Source: Octopus sinensis (Eukaryota). Taken from it: DNA of 64,000 bases. Positions within the stretch are counted from its first letter, which is position 1, and every line of letters starts with the position of its first letter. A program made the translations under genes and the position numbers. The stretch spans positions 16,244,001 through 16,308,000 of the forward strand of contig NC_043014.1 in the NCBI RefSeq assembly GCF_006345805.1. Reading direction: 5' to 3'. The notes under the pieces are model-generated. The model worked only from the letters and a program-made list of their open reading frames with translations, was not told the origin of the DNA and did not search any database. Below, one piece after another: positions 1 to 13,700 of the stretch.

Positions 1-642
1 AGAGTGGGATCAGTGCCATGCAAAAAAGTAATGGAGAGAGGGAGTCACCTTGAAAGATGCCTCGTTTGATGTTGATGCTGTTGGACTGGCTCATCCCATT
101 ACTATGGCTTAAAAAGAGACGTGTGTTCCACATGGTCATGCTATTCTCTAAGAATTTTGAGACGACAGGAGAGATCTTGTATATCTCAAGGGCCTTGAGT
201 ATCCATTTATGTGGGACACTGTCATACGCTTTCCTGTAGTCTATCCATGCCATACTCAGGTTTTTGTTTTTGCTCCGGCAATTCTCTACAATCATTCTGT
301 TTATGAGCAATTGGTCTTTGCACCCATAAGAGTTTCTTTTACAACCTTTTTGAGCTTGTGGAAGGATAGAATTTTGTTCAAGGAAAGCGTACATTCTCTC
401 CATTATTATGGATGTGAGGATTTTGTAGGTGGTGTTGAGACATGTTATTGGCCGGTAATTCTTTGGGTTTTTTGTGTCTTCGGTTTTAGGTAATAGGTAG
501 GTGGTTCCTTCAGTCAGCCAAGCAGGTATTTGCTCTGGGTTCTGAATGACATCAGACAGAGATGCAGCGAGATGTTCGTGTACCTCTGTCAAACAATTCA
601 GCCAGAAGTTAGGGATCCGATCCAGTCCTGGGGTTTTCCATA
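1..642 (-). mobile_element. R4/Dong-clade non-LTR retrotransposon, reverse transcriptase fragment (5'-truncated, runs off window start)
   Basis: Manual minus-strand translation gives KTPGLDRIPNFW..PKNYRPITCLNTTYKILTS..QKGCKRNSYGCKDQLLIN..WIDYRKAYDSVPHKWI..IFQGDSLSPLLF (RT motifs); begins directly after a (TAA)n tract. Confidence 0.85.

Positions 643-644
<2 letters not shown>

Positions 645-694
<50 letters not shown>
645..694. repeat. (TTA)n microsatellite separating two R4/Dong fragments
   Basis: Perfect TTA run. Confidence 0.95.
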
Positions 695-697
<3 letters not shown>

Positions 698-1297
698 TAG
701 TTTTATGTTTTTGTTATGTATTTGTCTGAATATTTCTTTATCATGCCTAATGCACCTACTATGATAGGAATTGTATCTTTTTTCAGATTCCACATTCTAG
801 TTACCTCTATTTCCAGGTCTTTGTATTTTGAGAGTTTCTCCATTTCTTTTAGAGACACGTTGTCATAAGCGGTAATGATACATCAATTAGAAAGCATTTT
901 TTTTCTTCATGGTCTCTGACAACTATATCTGGTCTGTTGGCCTTAATTTCTCTATCTGTGTGTATCGGCATATCCCAGAGTATGGTTGCTTTCTCGTTTT
1001 CTGTGACCTTTTCTGGTGTGTACCTATACCATCTTTTTTCTGTTGTTATTCCATAATGTTGACATAGCTTCCAATGTATGTAGGTTCCAACCTTGTCATG
1101 TCTCTGAATATATTCCTTCTTAGCCAGGACTGGGCAGCTAGAGATAATATGATTTATTGTTTCTTGTCCATCTCCACATATTCTGCAGTTACTTGTAATA
1201 TTTCTTTTCATTACATGTTTTTGGTAATTTCTGGTTGGGAGGCTTTGGTCTTGTGCTGCAATTAAAAATCCCTCTGTCGCTGCTTTGAGTCCTGAGC
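695..1297 (-). mobile_element. R4/Dong-clade LINE 3' fragment (CCHC zinc knuckle + restriction-like endonuclease)
   Basis: ORF 849-1211: CRICGDGQETINHIISSCPVL..RHDKV..LWDMPIHTDREIKANRPDIVVRD..CFLIDVSLP (CX2C..H..C knuckle, RHD, PD..D REL core); upstream TEGFLIAAQDQSLPTRNY; downstream VGALGMIKK. Confidence 0.9.
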
Positions 1298-1311
1298 TTC
1301 TTCTTCTTCTT

Positions 1312-1342
<31 letters not shown>

Positions 1343-1357
1343 TTATTATTATTATTT
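1298..1357. repeat. (TTC)n(TTA)n compound microsatellite
   Basis: Direct reading. Confidence 0.95.
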
Positions 1358-1384
1358 ACCGCACACATACACACGCACATACGC

Positions 1385-1415
<31 letters not shown>

Positions 1416-1417
1416 TA

Positions 1418-1680
1418 CTCTTTTACTCGTTTCAGTCATTTGACCGCCCCTTTAATCGAGCAACTCGACCCCGGGACCTATTCTTTTGTAAGCCCAGTAC
1501 TTTTTCTATCGGTCTCTTTTGCCGAACCGCTAAGTAACGCTAGGGGGACTAACACAGACACACAAGCATACACGCACACACACATATATATATACATATA
1601 TACGACGGGCTTTTCAGTTTCGTCTACCAAATCCACTCACAAGGCATAGGTCGGCCCGGGGCTATAGCAGAAGACACAGA
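1418..1680 (-). mobile_element. SINE family A (tRNA-headed, CORE-like), partial
   Basis: Reverse complement of the recurrent element ending cagtcaaatgactgaaacaagtaaaagagta. Confidence 0.8.
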
Positions 1681-2205
1681 GAAAAAAATCGCATGGATTT
1701 AAATCAGAGACTTTTCTCAGACCAAAATTGAATATGCTCCACGATATGGACAATGTTTGGTTTCAACAGGATGGGGCAACAGCCCACACTTCTCGACGTG
1801 CGGAATATGTTCCCTGGTCATTTGATGTCATTGTTTGTTGACATCGGTTGGCCCGCCCGTTCAACTGATTTAAATCCGTGCGATTTTTTTCTCTGGGGAT
1901 ACCTCAAGTCAAAGGTATACATTAATCACCCTCGATCTATTGAACAACTTAAAGATGCAATTCGTCAAGAAATTACTGCCATTCCACATGAAATTACTCG
2001 CCGAGTTATTGACAACTTTCGTGAATGCCTTCGACAGTGTGTGGACAATAATGGATCCCATTTGACTGATTTAATTTTTTAAACATAATGAAACAAAATG
2101 GCATTATATGTACTTTTCAAAATTAAAAACACTTTTTTGTTTCTTTACTTCATTTGCCTTTTATTTAACCTACAGATGTGTCAGATCATTTTGCCTGACC
2201 CTGTA
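1680..2205 (+). mobile_element. Tc1/mariner-superfamily transposase 3' remnant with right terminal inverted repeat
   Basis: ORF 1753-2082 contains WPARSTDLNPCDFFLWGYLKSKVY (WPxxSPDLNP.D motif); element ends ..tgaccctg followed by TA at 2204-2205. Confidence 0.85.
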
Positions 2206-2759
2206 TATGCGTATATCAATCCTAGTATATGACTGGTATTCATTTTACTAATACAGGAATAATACAGTCAATGTCAGCGCCGTCAGTATTTAAACTCGGA
2301 ATGTAAAGTGAAAGTAAATAGCTATCAGTACGATTCCATTAGTGCTCGACTAATTCTAAAGTTGGAACAGATCCAGAAGTTTGTCATTTGAACTGAATAT
2401 AGCATATAACCGATATTTATAAATTTCTAAATCCTTGACGGGGTTAATGGCAAAATGCATGTGAATGTTCCGTATGCTAGAAATGGCAGTTAGTGTCTTT
2501 CAAATTACAGCTTACTAATTTTTAATTTTGTGTTTCTAATTTTGGCTCAAAGCCTGCAATTTTTAGGTGGGGTGAAGTCGATGACATCGACTCCAGTGCT
2601 CAGCTAGAACTAATTTATCGGCCCCAAAACTATGAAAGCGCGGCATTGAAATCGAAACGCAAATAACAAAAAAAATATTATCAATCATTTTGTCAGATGT
2701 GCTAAAATGTAATAATATCTTCAAATTTTGGCACAAGGTCAGTACTTTTGCTGGAAAGA

Positions 2760-2930
2760 GGTTGGTTGACTACATCAACCCGAGTGCTCAACTGATAATT
2801 ATTTTATCGAGCACGAAAAGATGAAAGGTAAAATTAACTTGGCGGAATTTGAACACAGAAGGTAAAGAACCGGAAGAAATATTGCTAATCTTTTTGTTCA
2901 TCTTCATTAACGATTCTGCTACCCCACCAC
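2760..2930 (-). mobile_element. Degraded SINE family B copy
   Basis: Diverged match to gatgaaaggcaaagtcgacc..ggaatttgaactcagaac core seen in intact copies. Confidence 0.5.
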
Positions 2931-2984
2931 CTGATTGCAGCCTATCATCCTGAAAACGAAAGAAAACGGCAGATAAGTGTTTGT

Positions 2985-2986
2985 TT

Positions 2987-3034
<48 letters not shown>

Positions 3035-3385
3035 GATCTAACGGTTTTTGTGTGTGTATAACATACATACATAGCGACAACATTTTTGACAAATTACAAT
3101 ATAAATGTTGAATGAATCTAAACGGTATATATATATGTTATATATACATACATACATATATACATACATATACATAAATATATTACATATATATATACAC
3201 ATATACATAAATACATATATATCTATATATATACATAATATACATACATACACATATATATACAAACATATAACACATACATACATACACATACATACAT
3301 ATATACACCATACATACATACATACATACATATATATATATAATATATATATATATATATACATACTATATATATACATACATAC

Positions 3386-3416
<31 letters not shown>

Positions 3417-3437
3417 CATACATATATACATATATAT

Positions 3438-3492
<55 letters not shown>

Positions 3493-3500
3493 ATATAGAT
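2985..3500. repeat. (TA)n/(CA)n/(TACA)n compound microsatellite
   Basis: Direct reading; source of YI-rich spurious ORFs. Confidence 0.95.
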
Positions 3501-3521
3501 ACTGATTAGAAGATTGAAAAT

Positions 3522-3565
3522 CCACCTGAAGATTGTCGGTAGCAGACATGAAACATTTGTAGTGG
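3522..3565 (+). ncRNA. Minimal type I hammerhead ribozyme motif (Penelope-like-element type)
   Basis: CCAC|CUGAAGA|U-UGUC ggtagca GACA-U|GAAA|CA uu UG|U A|GUGG: stem I CCAC/GUGG, intact catalytic core, 4-bp stem II (U.U at base), short stem III, GUA cleavage triplet. Confidence 0.65.
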
Positions 3566-3649
3566 CGGTTTATTTAATTTATATTAAAATTTTATGTATT
3601 GATTAAGTCTTTCCTTGTTTGGTTTTAAAATAGTGGTTTTGTCTCGAAT

Positions 3650-3698
<49 letters not shown>

Positions 3699-3721
3699 TA
3701 CATACATACATACCTATACAT

Positions 3722-6700
3722 ATGGCGCAAAGAATTGTCTGGCAGCTAACCTGGCTACAGCAAGCACAGAGAAGGAACCCTGCCCACCACTATGCAAGAC
3801 CACCGCAGTCAATAGACACGGGATTGCCTCCCCTAACGCCTGCACAGCCGTCACCCCAATACTTTTACTAAATATTGGGGGCCTGTTACATCAAAATAGA
3901 AACAAAATTTCTTTCCTGAGAGATCTTACTGCATGCAATCAAGCCCTATGCATAGCACTTGTGGAAACTCACCTCAACCCTGATATAGAGGACGCAGAAG
4001 TACACATACCAAACTATGCTATACTGCGAACAGACAGAAGGGAAAGGAGCCATGGTGGAGTTGCTGTATACACCCGAGATGACCTCACACCCCAGGTCTT
4101 AATGACATACTCAAATTCGGTATGTGACACTTTAACTGTATACGTAAGACAACATAATATAGTCATATGCAATACATATTGCCCACCGGATGCCCCAAAT
4201 CACACAGGCAAGTTTGAAGATTGCCTCACAAGAATTAAAGAAATCCTCATGAATCTGGAACACCACGTGACCATATTTCTTATGGGTGATTTCAACTTCT
4301 CCAACGTCAAATGGCCCGAAGGTCACATACTCTCAGGAATGAATCATTGCAAGCAAGTAAAGCTGGAGTCCCTGCTCAACCTCACCAATGCCTTATTCAT
4401 GGAGCAAGTTGTACTCAAGCCAACTAGGGCGAATAACATTCTGGATCTCTGCTTCACGAACAATATGGACATCATTCATGTGAAAGTGAAACCAGCATCA
4501 GTTTTGGATCACAACATAATAGAGCTGTCTATGTTTGGGCCAAAAGTAACCAGAGACACACAGCCTAAAGGAAGCACCCGAAATCTCTCCAATCTGAACT
4601 TCCATAAAGCAGATTGGAAATCGATCCAAAAAGAGATCCTCAGAGAGGACTGGCCGGAATGTCTCTCCACACCAGATATTGACTTGAAACTAGAATGTTT
4701 CATGTCTTCTGTGCAAGCCGTATGCCAGAAATATGTCCCAGAGCACAAGGCCAAAACAAATAGGAGCAAAATTCCAAGAGACAGGAAGATCCTCATGAGA
4801 CGACGGACGAAGGCTGCAAATCGTCTCAACCTACATCCCAAAAGTAGCGAAACGTCCCGCCTAAAAACAACACTGATGGAGATCGAAAAAAGGCTGCAAC
4901 AATCCTATGTGAAGGAGAAAGCAGACAAAGAAGCCTGGGTTATAAAAAATATTAAATCAAACCCAAAGGCCTTCTTTCATTACGCGAAAGAAACAGTCTC
5001 AGTGCACTACAAGATAGGACCCCTCCTCCAAAAGGATGGCTCCCTCACAGGCAGTCCAACTAAGATCAGTGAGATGCTGAATGACCAGTTCAAAAGTGTC
5101 TTTACCACCCTGTTGGAACACAGACAAGTGAACGAACCAGTGGACTTCTTTGCCGCCTCATCTATAACCAGCGAGGTGGTTACAATAGAATGTATTGACA
5201 TAAGCGAAAAAGATGTCCTACTAGCCATAGATGAAGTGGATGCAAACTCAGCTGCCTGTCCAGATGGTTTCCCAGCCATCCTCCTCAAAGCGTGTAAGCA
5301 TGCCCTGGCAAAACCCCTCAAGATTCTCTTCCAGAGCTTTCTTGCGAATGGCAAACTGCCAAGCAAGCTGAAGGAGGGAATAATATGCCCAATACATAAA
5401 GGGGGAAGTAGAGCAGATGCCAAAAACTATAAGCCTATCTCTCTGACTTCATACATCAGCAAAGTCATGGAACGGATAGTCAGAAAGAAACTAATCGCAT
5501 TCCTTGAGGAAAATAACTTGCTCAGTGATACCCAGCATTGTTTTCGACTGGGTAGGAGCTGCCTGACCCAGCTCTTACAACATTATAACTGGGTGTTGAG
5601 GCAGTTACTCAACAAATCAAATGTGGACGTAATCTACCTTGATTTTGCAAAAGTTTTGACAAGGTGGATCATGGTATGATATGCCACAAACTGCATGACC
5701 TCGGCATAGCTGGAAAACTTGGAGTGTGGTTACATGACTTCCTGAAAGATAGGAGTCAGGCAGTAGTGGTTAATGGAGCCACCTCTATGAACACACAAAT
5801 AGTGAGCGACGTTCCACAGGGCACTGTCTTGGGACCACTGCTTTTTATAGTGGCCCTCTCAGATATGCTCTCAAATTCCCGGATAGCCACTCAGGCCAGC
5901 TATGCAGACGATACGAAAGTCTCGCAGAAAATACAGAACCCCAGCGATGTTGCACACCTGCAGCAGGAGTTGGACTCAATCTACAGATGGGCTGAGGATA
6001 ATAATATGCAGTTTAATGCTGAAAAATTCCAGGCCCTGCACTACCAGCATCCAAAACTGAATATTAAACTTACAGGATACACCAGTCCACAGGGAATTTC
6101 AATCCCAGAGCCTAAGTCTGTGAGGGACCTGAGTATCGACATGAGTGATGATACCTCTTTCCAAGTGCACATTACCAGGATGGCAACAAAGCGCAGACGA
6201 CTGACTGGGTGGATCCTGAGAACATTCAGAACCAGAGATAAGGAAACTATGATGGTCCTCTGGTGGACATTCGTCCTCAGCCGCCTGGATTACTGCTCAT
6301 AGCTGTGGTCACCCACCTGTGTAAAATTAACAGCGGACCTTGAAGCAATCCAGAGAAAATTCACAAAGAAGATCGTCTCTTTGCAACAGCTCAGCTACTG
6401 GGAAAGGTTGAAACAGCTAAGACTCTACTCCCTGGAGAGAAGACAGGAGAGGTATGCAGTAATATATGTCTGGATGATCCTGGAAAGAATTGTGCCAAAT
6501 TTTGGCATTGTAAGCTACACCAATGCTAGAACGGGACGACACTGCATAGTGCCAAATATCCCAACAATGCCATCACACTTCAGGACTAGCTTCTGCAACA
6601 GCCTGGGTTTCAAGGGCCCACAGCTTTTTAATATTCTCCCAAAGAGTATGAGGAACTTGCACAAAGTAGATGTAGCAGTTTTTAAATAAAAGCTGGACAT

Positions 6701-6870
6701 CTTCCTGTCGAGAGTCCCAGATGAACCTACCTCACGGCAAGAGGTGCAAATGAGAGTAGCTATATCAAACTCCATTCTTCACCAAGCGCCACATATTAGA
6801 CGAGGTTCTTCGCAATAACAGTGTAGCACAAAACGGCGGTGCATTATCATGGCCGCAGCTCTGAGCTGAA
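3722..6870 (+). mobile_element. CR1/L2-type LINE, ORF2 (APE endonuclease + RT), 5'-truncated and inactivated
   Basis: ETHL..RTDR..GGVAVY, MGDFN, LDLCFTN, DHN (APE); NYKPISLTS..KVMER, YLDFAK, VPQGTVLGPLLF, YADDTK, SRLDYCS (RT); frameshift near 5660 and in-frame stop at 6300-6302. Confidence 0.92.
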
Positions 6871-6877
6871 ACTAGAG

Positions 6878-6882
<5 letters not shown>

Positions 6883-6955
<73 letters not shown>

Positions 6956-7044
6956 TATAAAACATACAACATACATATATATATATACATACATATATAC
7001 ATACATAATTAATACATAGATACATACATATATATATTCATACA

Positions 7045-7076
<32 letters not shown>

Positions 7077-7483
7077 ACATATTATATACATATATATATA
7101 TACATATATATACATATATATATACATACAAATATATATATACATACATATATATAGATACATACATACATATATATATATACATACATACATATATACA
7201 TACATTCATACATATACATACATACACACATATACATGCATATATACATACATATATATATATACATATACATACATATATACACATATATACATACATA
7301 TATATATATATACATACAAATAGATATATATACATACATATATATATATACATACATATATATATATACATACATATATATATATATATATATACATACA
7401 TATATATACATATATATATTATACATACATATATATACATATATACATACATATATATATACATACATTTATTTATACATATA
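6883..7483. repeat. (TA)n/(TACA)n compound microsatellite
   Basis: Direct reading. Confidence 0.95.
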
Positions 7484-7725
7484 CATCATCATCATCATCA
7501 TCGTTTAACGTCCGTTTTCCGCGCTAGCACGGGTTGGACGGTTTCGACCGGGGTCTGGGGAGCTCGGGACTGCCCCAGGCTCCAGTCTAGTCTGGCAGTG
7601 TTTCTACAGCTGGATGCCCTTCCTAACGCCAACCACTCCGCGAGTTTAGTGGGTGTTTTTTACGTGCCACCTGCACAGGTGCCAGAGGGGTCTGGCATCG
7701 GCCACGTTCGGATGGTGCTTTTTTT
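7484..7725 (-). mobile_element. RTE LINE 3' tail fragment (family C) with (GAT)n tail
   Basis: catcatcatcgtttaacgtccgttttcc..ggatgcccttcctaacgccaaccactcc; the same sequence follows RTE ORF ends at 31269, 45230 and 61230. Confidence 0.8.
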
Positions 7726-10700
7726 ATGGGGGGGTGCAGAAATATAGGGGAGAACCAGTGGGAGGGGTGGTTCAGAGGACAGGTACTAGGCAAGTAGAAC
7801 GTAGGATATCGAGAGAGGGGTAATGCATGGTGAAATAGCGTATTGAAGAGGGGGGTTCAAAGAGTAGACACCTATAATGGTGGTGGGGGGGAGCAGAAAT
7901 ATAGGGGAGCACCAGTGGGAGGGGTGGTTCAGAGGACAGGTTCTAGGCAAGTAGAACGTAGGATATCGAGAGAGGGGTAATGCATGGTGAAATAGCGTAT
8001 TGAAGAGGTGGGTTCAAAGAGTAGACACCTATAATGGTGGTGGGGGGGTGCAGAAATATAGGGGAGCACCAGTGGGGGGGTGGGTCAGAGGACAGGTTCT
8101 AGGCAATTAGAACGTAGGATATCGAGAGAGGGGTAATGCATGGTGAAATAGCGTATTGAAGAGGGGGGTTCAAAGAGTAGACACCTATAATGGTGGTGGG
8201 GCGGTGCAGAAGTATAGGGGAGCACCAGTGGGAGGGGTGGTTCAGAGGACATGTTCTAGGCAAGTAGAACGTAGGATAGGATATCGAGAGAGGGGTAATG
8301 CATGGTGAAATAGCGTATTGAAGAGGGTGGGTTCAAAGAGTAGACACCTATAATGGTGGTGGGGGGGTGCAGAAATATAGGGGAGCACCAGTGGGGGGGT
8401 GGGTCAGAGGACAGGTTCTAGGCAATTAGAACGTAGGATATCGAGAGAGGGGTAATGCATGGTGAAATAGCGTATTGAAGAGGGGGTTCAAAGAGTAGAC
8501 ACCTATAATGGTGGTGGGGGGGGGTGCAGAAATATAGGGGAGCACCAGTGGGAGGGGTGGTTCAGAGGACAGGTTCTAGGCAAGTAGAACGTAGGATATC
8601 GAGAGGGGTAATGCATGGTGAAATAGCGTATTGAAGAGGGTGGTTCAAAGAGTAGACACCTATAATGGTGGTGGTGGGGTTCAGAAATATAGGGGAGCAC
8701 CAGTGGGAGGGGTGGTTCAGAGGACAGGTTCTAGGCAAGTAGAACGTAGATATCGAGAGAGGGGTAATGCATGGTGAAATAGCGTATTGAAGAGGGAGGT
8801 TCAAAGAGTAGACACCTATAATGGTGGTGGGGAGGTGCAGAAATATAGGGGAGCACCAGTGGGAGGGGTGGTTCAGAGGACAGGTTCTAGGCAAGTAGAA
8901 CGTAGGATATCGAGAGAGGGGTAATGCATGGTGAAATAGCGTATTGAAGAGGGGGGTTCAAAGAGTAGACACCTATAATGGTGGTGGGGAGGGTGCAGAA
9001 ATATAGGGGAGCACCAGTGGGAGGGGTGGTTCAGAGGACAGGTTCTAGGCAAGTAGAACGTAGGATATCGAGAGAGGGGTAATGCATGGTGAAATAGCGT
9101 ATTGAAGAGGGGGGTTCAAAGAGTAGACACCTATAATGGTGGTGGGGGGGTGCAGAAATATAGGGGAGCACCAGTGGGAGGGGTGGTTCAGAGGACATGT
9201 TCTAGGCAAGTAGAACGTAGGATATCGAGAGAGGGGTAATGCATGGTGAAATAGCGTATTGAAGAGGGGGGGTTCAAAGAGTAGACACCTATAATGGTGG
9301 TGGGGGGGTGCAGAAATATAGGGGAGCACCAGTGGGGGGGTGGTTCAGAGGACAGGTTCTAGGCAATTAGAACGTAGGATATCGAGAGAGGGGTAATGCA
9401 TGGTGAAATAGCGTATTGAAGAGGGGGGTTCAAAGAGTAGACACCTATAATGGTTGTGGGGAGGGGTGCAGAAATATAGGGGAGCACCAGTGGGAGGGGT
9501 GGTTCAGAGGACAGGTTCTAGGCAAGTAGAACGTAGGATATCGAGAGAGGGGTAATGCATGGTGAAATAGCGTATTGAAGAGGGGGGTTCAAAGTGTAGA
9601 CACCTATAATGGTGGTGGGGGGGGGTGCAGAAATATAGGGGAGCACCAGTGGGAGGGGTGGTTCAGAGGACAGGTTCTAGGCAAGTAGAACGTAGGATAT
9701 CGAGAGAGGGGTAATGCATGGTGAAATAGCGTATTGAAGAGGGAGGTTCAAAGAGTAGACACCTATAATGGTGGTGGGGAGGTGCAGAAATATAGGGGAG
9801 CACCAGTGGGAGGGGTGGTTCAGAGGACAGGTTCTAGGCAAGTAGAACGTAGGATATCGAGAGAGGGGTAATGCATGGTGAAATAGCGTATTGAAGAGGG
9901 GGGTTCAAAGAGTAGACACCTATAATGGTGGTGGGGAGGGGTGCAGAAATAGGGGAGCACCAGTGGGGGGGTGGTTCAGAGGACAGGTTCTAGGCAAGTA
10001 GAACGTAGGATAGGATCGAGAGGGGTAATGCATGGTGTGAAATAGCGTATTGAAGAGGGCGGTTCAAAGAGTAGACACATATAATGGTGGTGGGGGGGTG
10101 CAGAAATATAGGGGAGCACCAGTGGGAGGGGTGGTTCAGAGGACAGGTTCTAGGCAAGTAGAACGTAGGATATCGAGAGAGGGGTAATGCATGGTGAAAT
10201 AGCGTATTGAAGAGGGGGGTTCAAAGAGTAGACACCTATAATGGTGGTGGGGAGGGGCAGAAATATAGGGGAGCACCAGTGGGAGGGGTGGTTCAGAGGA
10301 CAGGTTCTAGGCAAGTAGAACGTAGGATATCGAGAGAGGGGTAATGCATGGTGAAATAGCGAATTGAAGAGGGGTGTTCAAATAGTAGACACCTATAATG
10401 GTGGTGGGGGGGTGCAGAAATATAGGGGAGCACCAGTGGGAGGGGTGTTTAGGAGGACAGGTTCTAGGCATGTAGAACGTAGGATATCGAGAGAGGGGTA
10501 ATGTATGGTGAAATAGCGTATTGAAGAGGGGGGTTCAAAGTGTAGACACCTATAATGGTGGTGGGGGGGGGTGCAGAAATATAGGGGAGCACAGGGGAGG
10601 GTGGGGGGTGGTTCAGAGGACAGGTTCTAGGCAAGTAGAACGTTAGGATATCGAGAGAGGGGTATAATGCATGGTGAAATAGCGTATTGAAGAGGGAGGT

Positions 10701-13700
10701 TCAAAGAGTAGACACCTATAATGGTGGTGGGGAGGTGCAGAAATATAGGGGAGCACCAGTGGGAGGGGTGGTTCAGAGGACAGGTTCGAGGCAAGTAGAA
10801 TGTAGGATATCGAGAGAGGGGTAATGCATGGTGAAATAGCGTATTGAAGAGGGGGGTTCAAAGAGGAGACACCTATAATGGTGGTGGGGGGTGCAGAAAT
10901 ATAGGGGAGCACCAGTGGGAGGGGTGGTTCAGAGGACAGTTTCTAGGCAAGTAGAATGTAGGATATCGAGAGAGGGGTAATGCATGGAGAAATAGCATAT
11001 TGAAGAGGGGGTTCAAAGAGTAGACACCTATAATGGTGGTGGGGGGTGCAGAAATATAGGGGAGCACCAGTGGGAGGGGTGGTTCAGAGGACAGGTTCTA
11101 GGCAAGTAGAACGTAGGATATCGAGAGAGGGGTAAAGCATGGTGAAATAGCGTATTGAAGAGGGGGTTCAAAGAGTAGACACCTATAATGGTGGTGGGGG
11201 CGTGCAGAAATATAGGGGAGCACCAGTGGGAGGGGTGGTTCAGAGGACAGGTTCTAGGCAAGTAGAACGTAGGATATCGAGAGAGGGGTAATGCATGGTG
11301 AAATAGCGTATTGAAGGGGGGGTTCAAAGAGTAGACACCTATAATGGTGGTGGGGGGGTGCAGAAATATAGGGGAGCACCAGTGGGAGGGGTGGTTCAGA
11401 GGACAGGTTCTAGGCAAGTAGAACGTAGGATATCGAGAGAAGGGTAATGCATGGTGAAATAGCGTATTGAAGAGGGGGTTCAAAGAGTAGACACCTATAA
11501 TGGTGATGGGGGGGTGCAGAAACATAGGGGAGCACCAGTGTGAGGGGTGGTTCAGAGGACAGGTTCTAGGCAAGTAGAACGTAGGATATCGAGAGAGGGG
11601 TAATGCATGGTGAAATAGCGTTTTCAAGAGGGGTGTTCAAAGAGTAGACACCTATAATGGTGGTGGGGGGGTGCAGAAATATAGGGGAGCACCAGTGGGA
11701 GGGGTGGTTCAGAGGACAGGTTCTAGGCAGTAGAACGTAGGATATCGAGAGAGGGGTAATGCATGGTGAAATAGCGTATTGAAGAGGGGGGTTCAAAGAG
11801 TAGACACCTATAATGGTGGTGGGGAGGGTGCAGAAATATAGGGGAGACCCAGTGGGAGGGGTGGTTCAAAGGACAGGTTCTAGGCAAGTAGAACGTAGGA
11901 TATCGAGAGAGGGGTAATGCATGGTGAAATAGCGTATTGAAGAGGGGGGTTCAAAGAGTAGACACCTATAATGGTGGTGGGGGGTGCAGAAATATAGGGG
12001 AGCACCAGTGGAGGGGTGGTTCAGAGGACAGGTTCTAGGCAAGTAGAACGTAGGATATCGAGAGAGGGGTAATGCATGGTGAAATAGCGTATTGAAGAGG
12101 GGGTTCAAAGAGTAGACACCTATAATGGTGGTGGGGAGGTGCAGAAATATAGGGGAGCACCAGTGGGAGGGGTGGTTCAGAGGACAGGTTCTAGGCAGTA
12201 GAACGTAGGATATCGAGAGAGGGGTAATGCATGGTGAAATAGCGTATTGAAGAGGGGGGTTCAAAGAGTAGACACCTATAATGGTGGTGGGGGGGGGGTG
12301 CAGAAATATAGGGGAGCACCAGTGGGAGGGGTGGTTCAGAGGACAGGTTCTAGGCAAGTAGAACGTAGGATATCGAGAGAGGGGTAATGCATGGTGAAAT
12401 AGCGTATTGAAAAGGGGGGTTCAAAGAGTAGACACCTATAATGGTGGTGGGGGGGTGCAGAAATATAGGGGAGCACCAGTGGGAGGGGTGGTTCAGAGGA
12501 CAGGTTCTAGGCAAGTAGAACGTAGGATATCGAGAGAGGGGTAATGCATGGTGAAATAGCATATTGAAGAGGGGGGTTCAAAGAGTAGACACCTATAATG
12601 GTGGTGGGGGGTGCAGAAATATAGGGGAGACCAGTGGGAGGGGTGGTTCAGAGGACAGGTTCTAGGCAAGTAGAACGTAGGATATCGAGAGAGGGATAAT
12701 GTATGGTGAATAGCATATTGAAGAGGGGGGTTCAAACAGTAGACACCTATAATGGTGGTGGGGGCGTGCAGAAATATAGGGGAGCACCAGTGGGAGGGGT
12801 GGTTCAGAGGACAGGTTCTAGGCCAGTAGAACGTAGGATATCGAGAGAGGGGTAATGTATGGTGAAATAGCGTATTGAAGAGGGGTGTTCAAAGAGTAGA
12901 CACCTATAATGGTGGTGGGGGGTGCAGAAATATAGGGGAGCACCAGTGGGAGGGGTGGTTCAGAGGACAGGTTCTAGGCAAGTAGAACGTAGGATATCGA
13001 GAGAAGGGTAATGCATGGTGAAATAGCGTATTGAAGAGGGGGGTTCAAAGAGTAGACACCTATAATGGTGATGGGGGGGTGCAGAAACATAGGGGAGCAC
13101 CAGTGTGAGGGGTGGTTCAGAGGACAGGTTCTAGGCAAGTAGAACGTAGGATATCGAGAGAGGGGTAATGCATGGTGAAATAGCGTATTCAAGAGGGGTG
13201 TTCAAAGAGTAGACACCTATAATGGTGGTGGGGGGGTGCAGAAATATAGGGGAGCACCAGTGGGAGGGGTGGTTCAGAGGACAGGTTCTAGGCAAGTAGA
13301 ACGTAGGATATCGAGAGAGGGGTAATGCATGGTGAAATAGCGTATTGAAGAGGGGGGTTCAAAGAGTAGACACCTATAATGGTGGTGGGGGGGGTGCAGA
13401 AATATAGGGGAGACCAGTGGGAGGGGTGGTTCAGAGGACAGGTTCTAGGCAAGTAGAACGTAGGATATCGAGAGAGGGGTAATGCATGGTGAAATAGCGT
13501 ATTGAAGAGGGGGGTTCAAAGAGTAGACACCTATAATGGTGGTGGGGGGTGCAGAAATATAGGGGAGCACCAGTGGGAGGGGTGGTTCAGAGGACAGGTT
13601 CTAGGCAAGTAGAACGTAGGATATCGAGAGAGGGGTAATGCACGGTGAAATAGCGTATTGAAGAGGGGGGTTCAAAGAGTAGACACCTATAATGGTGGTG

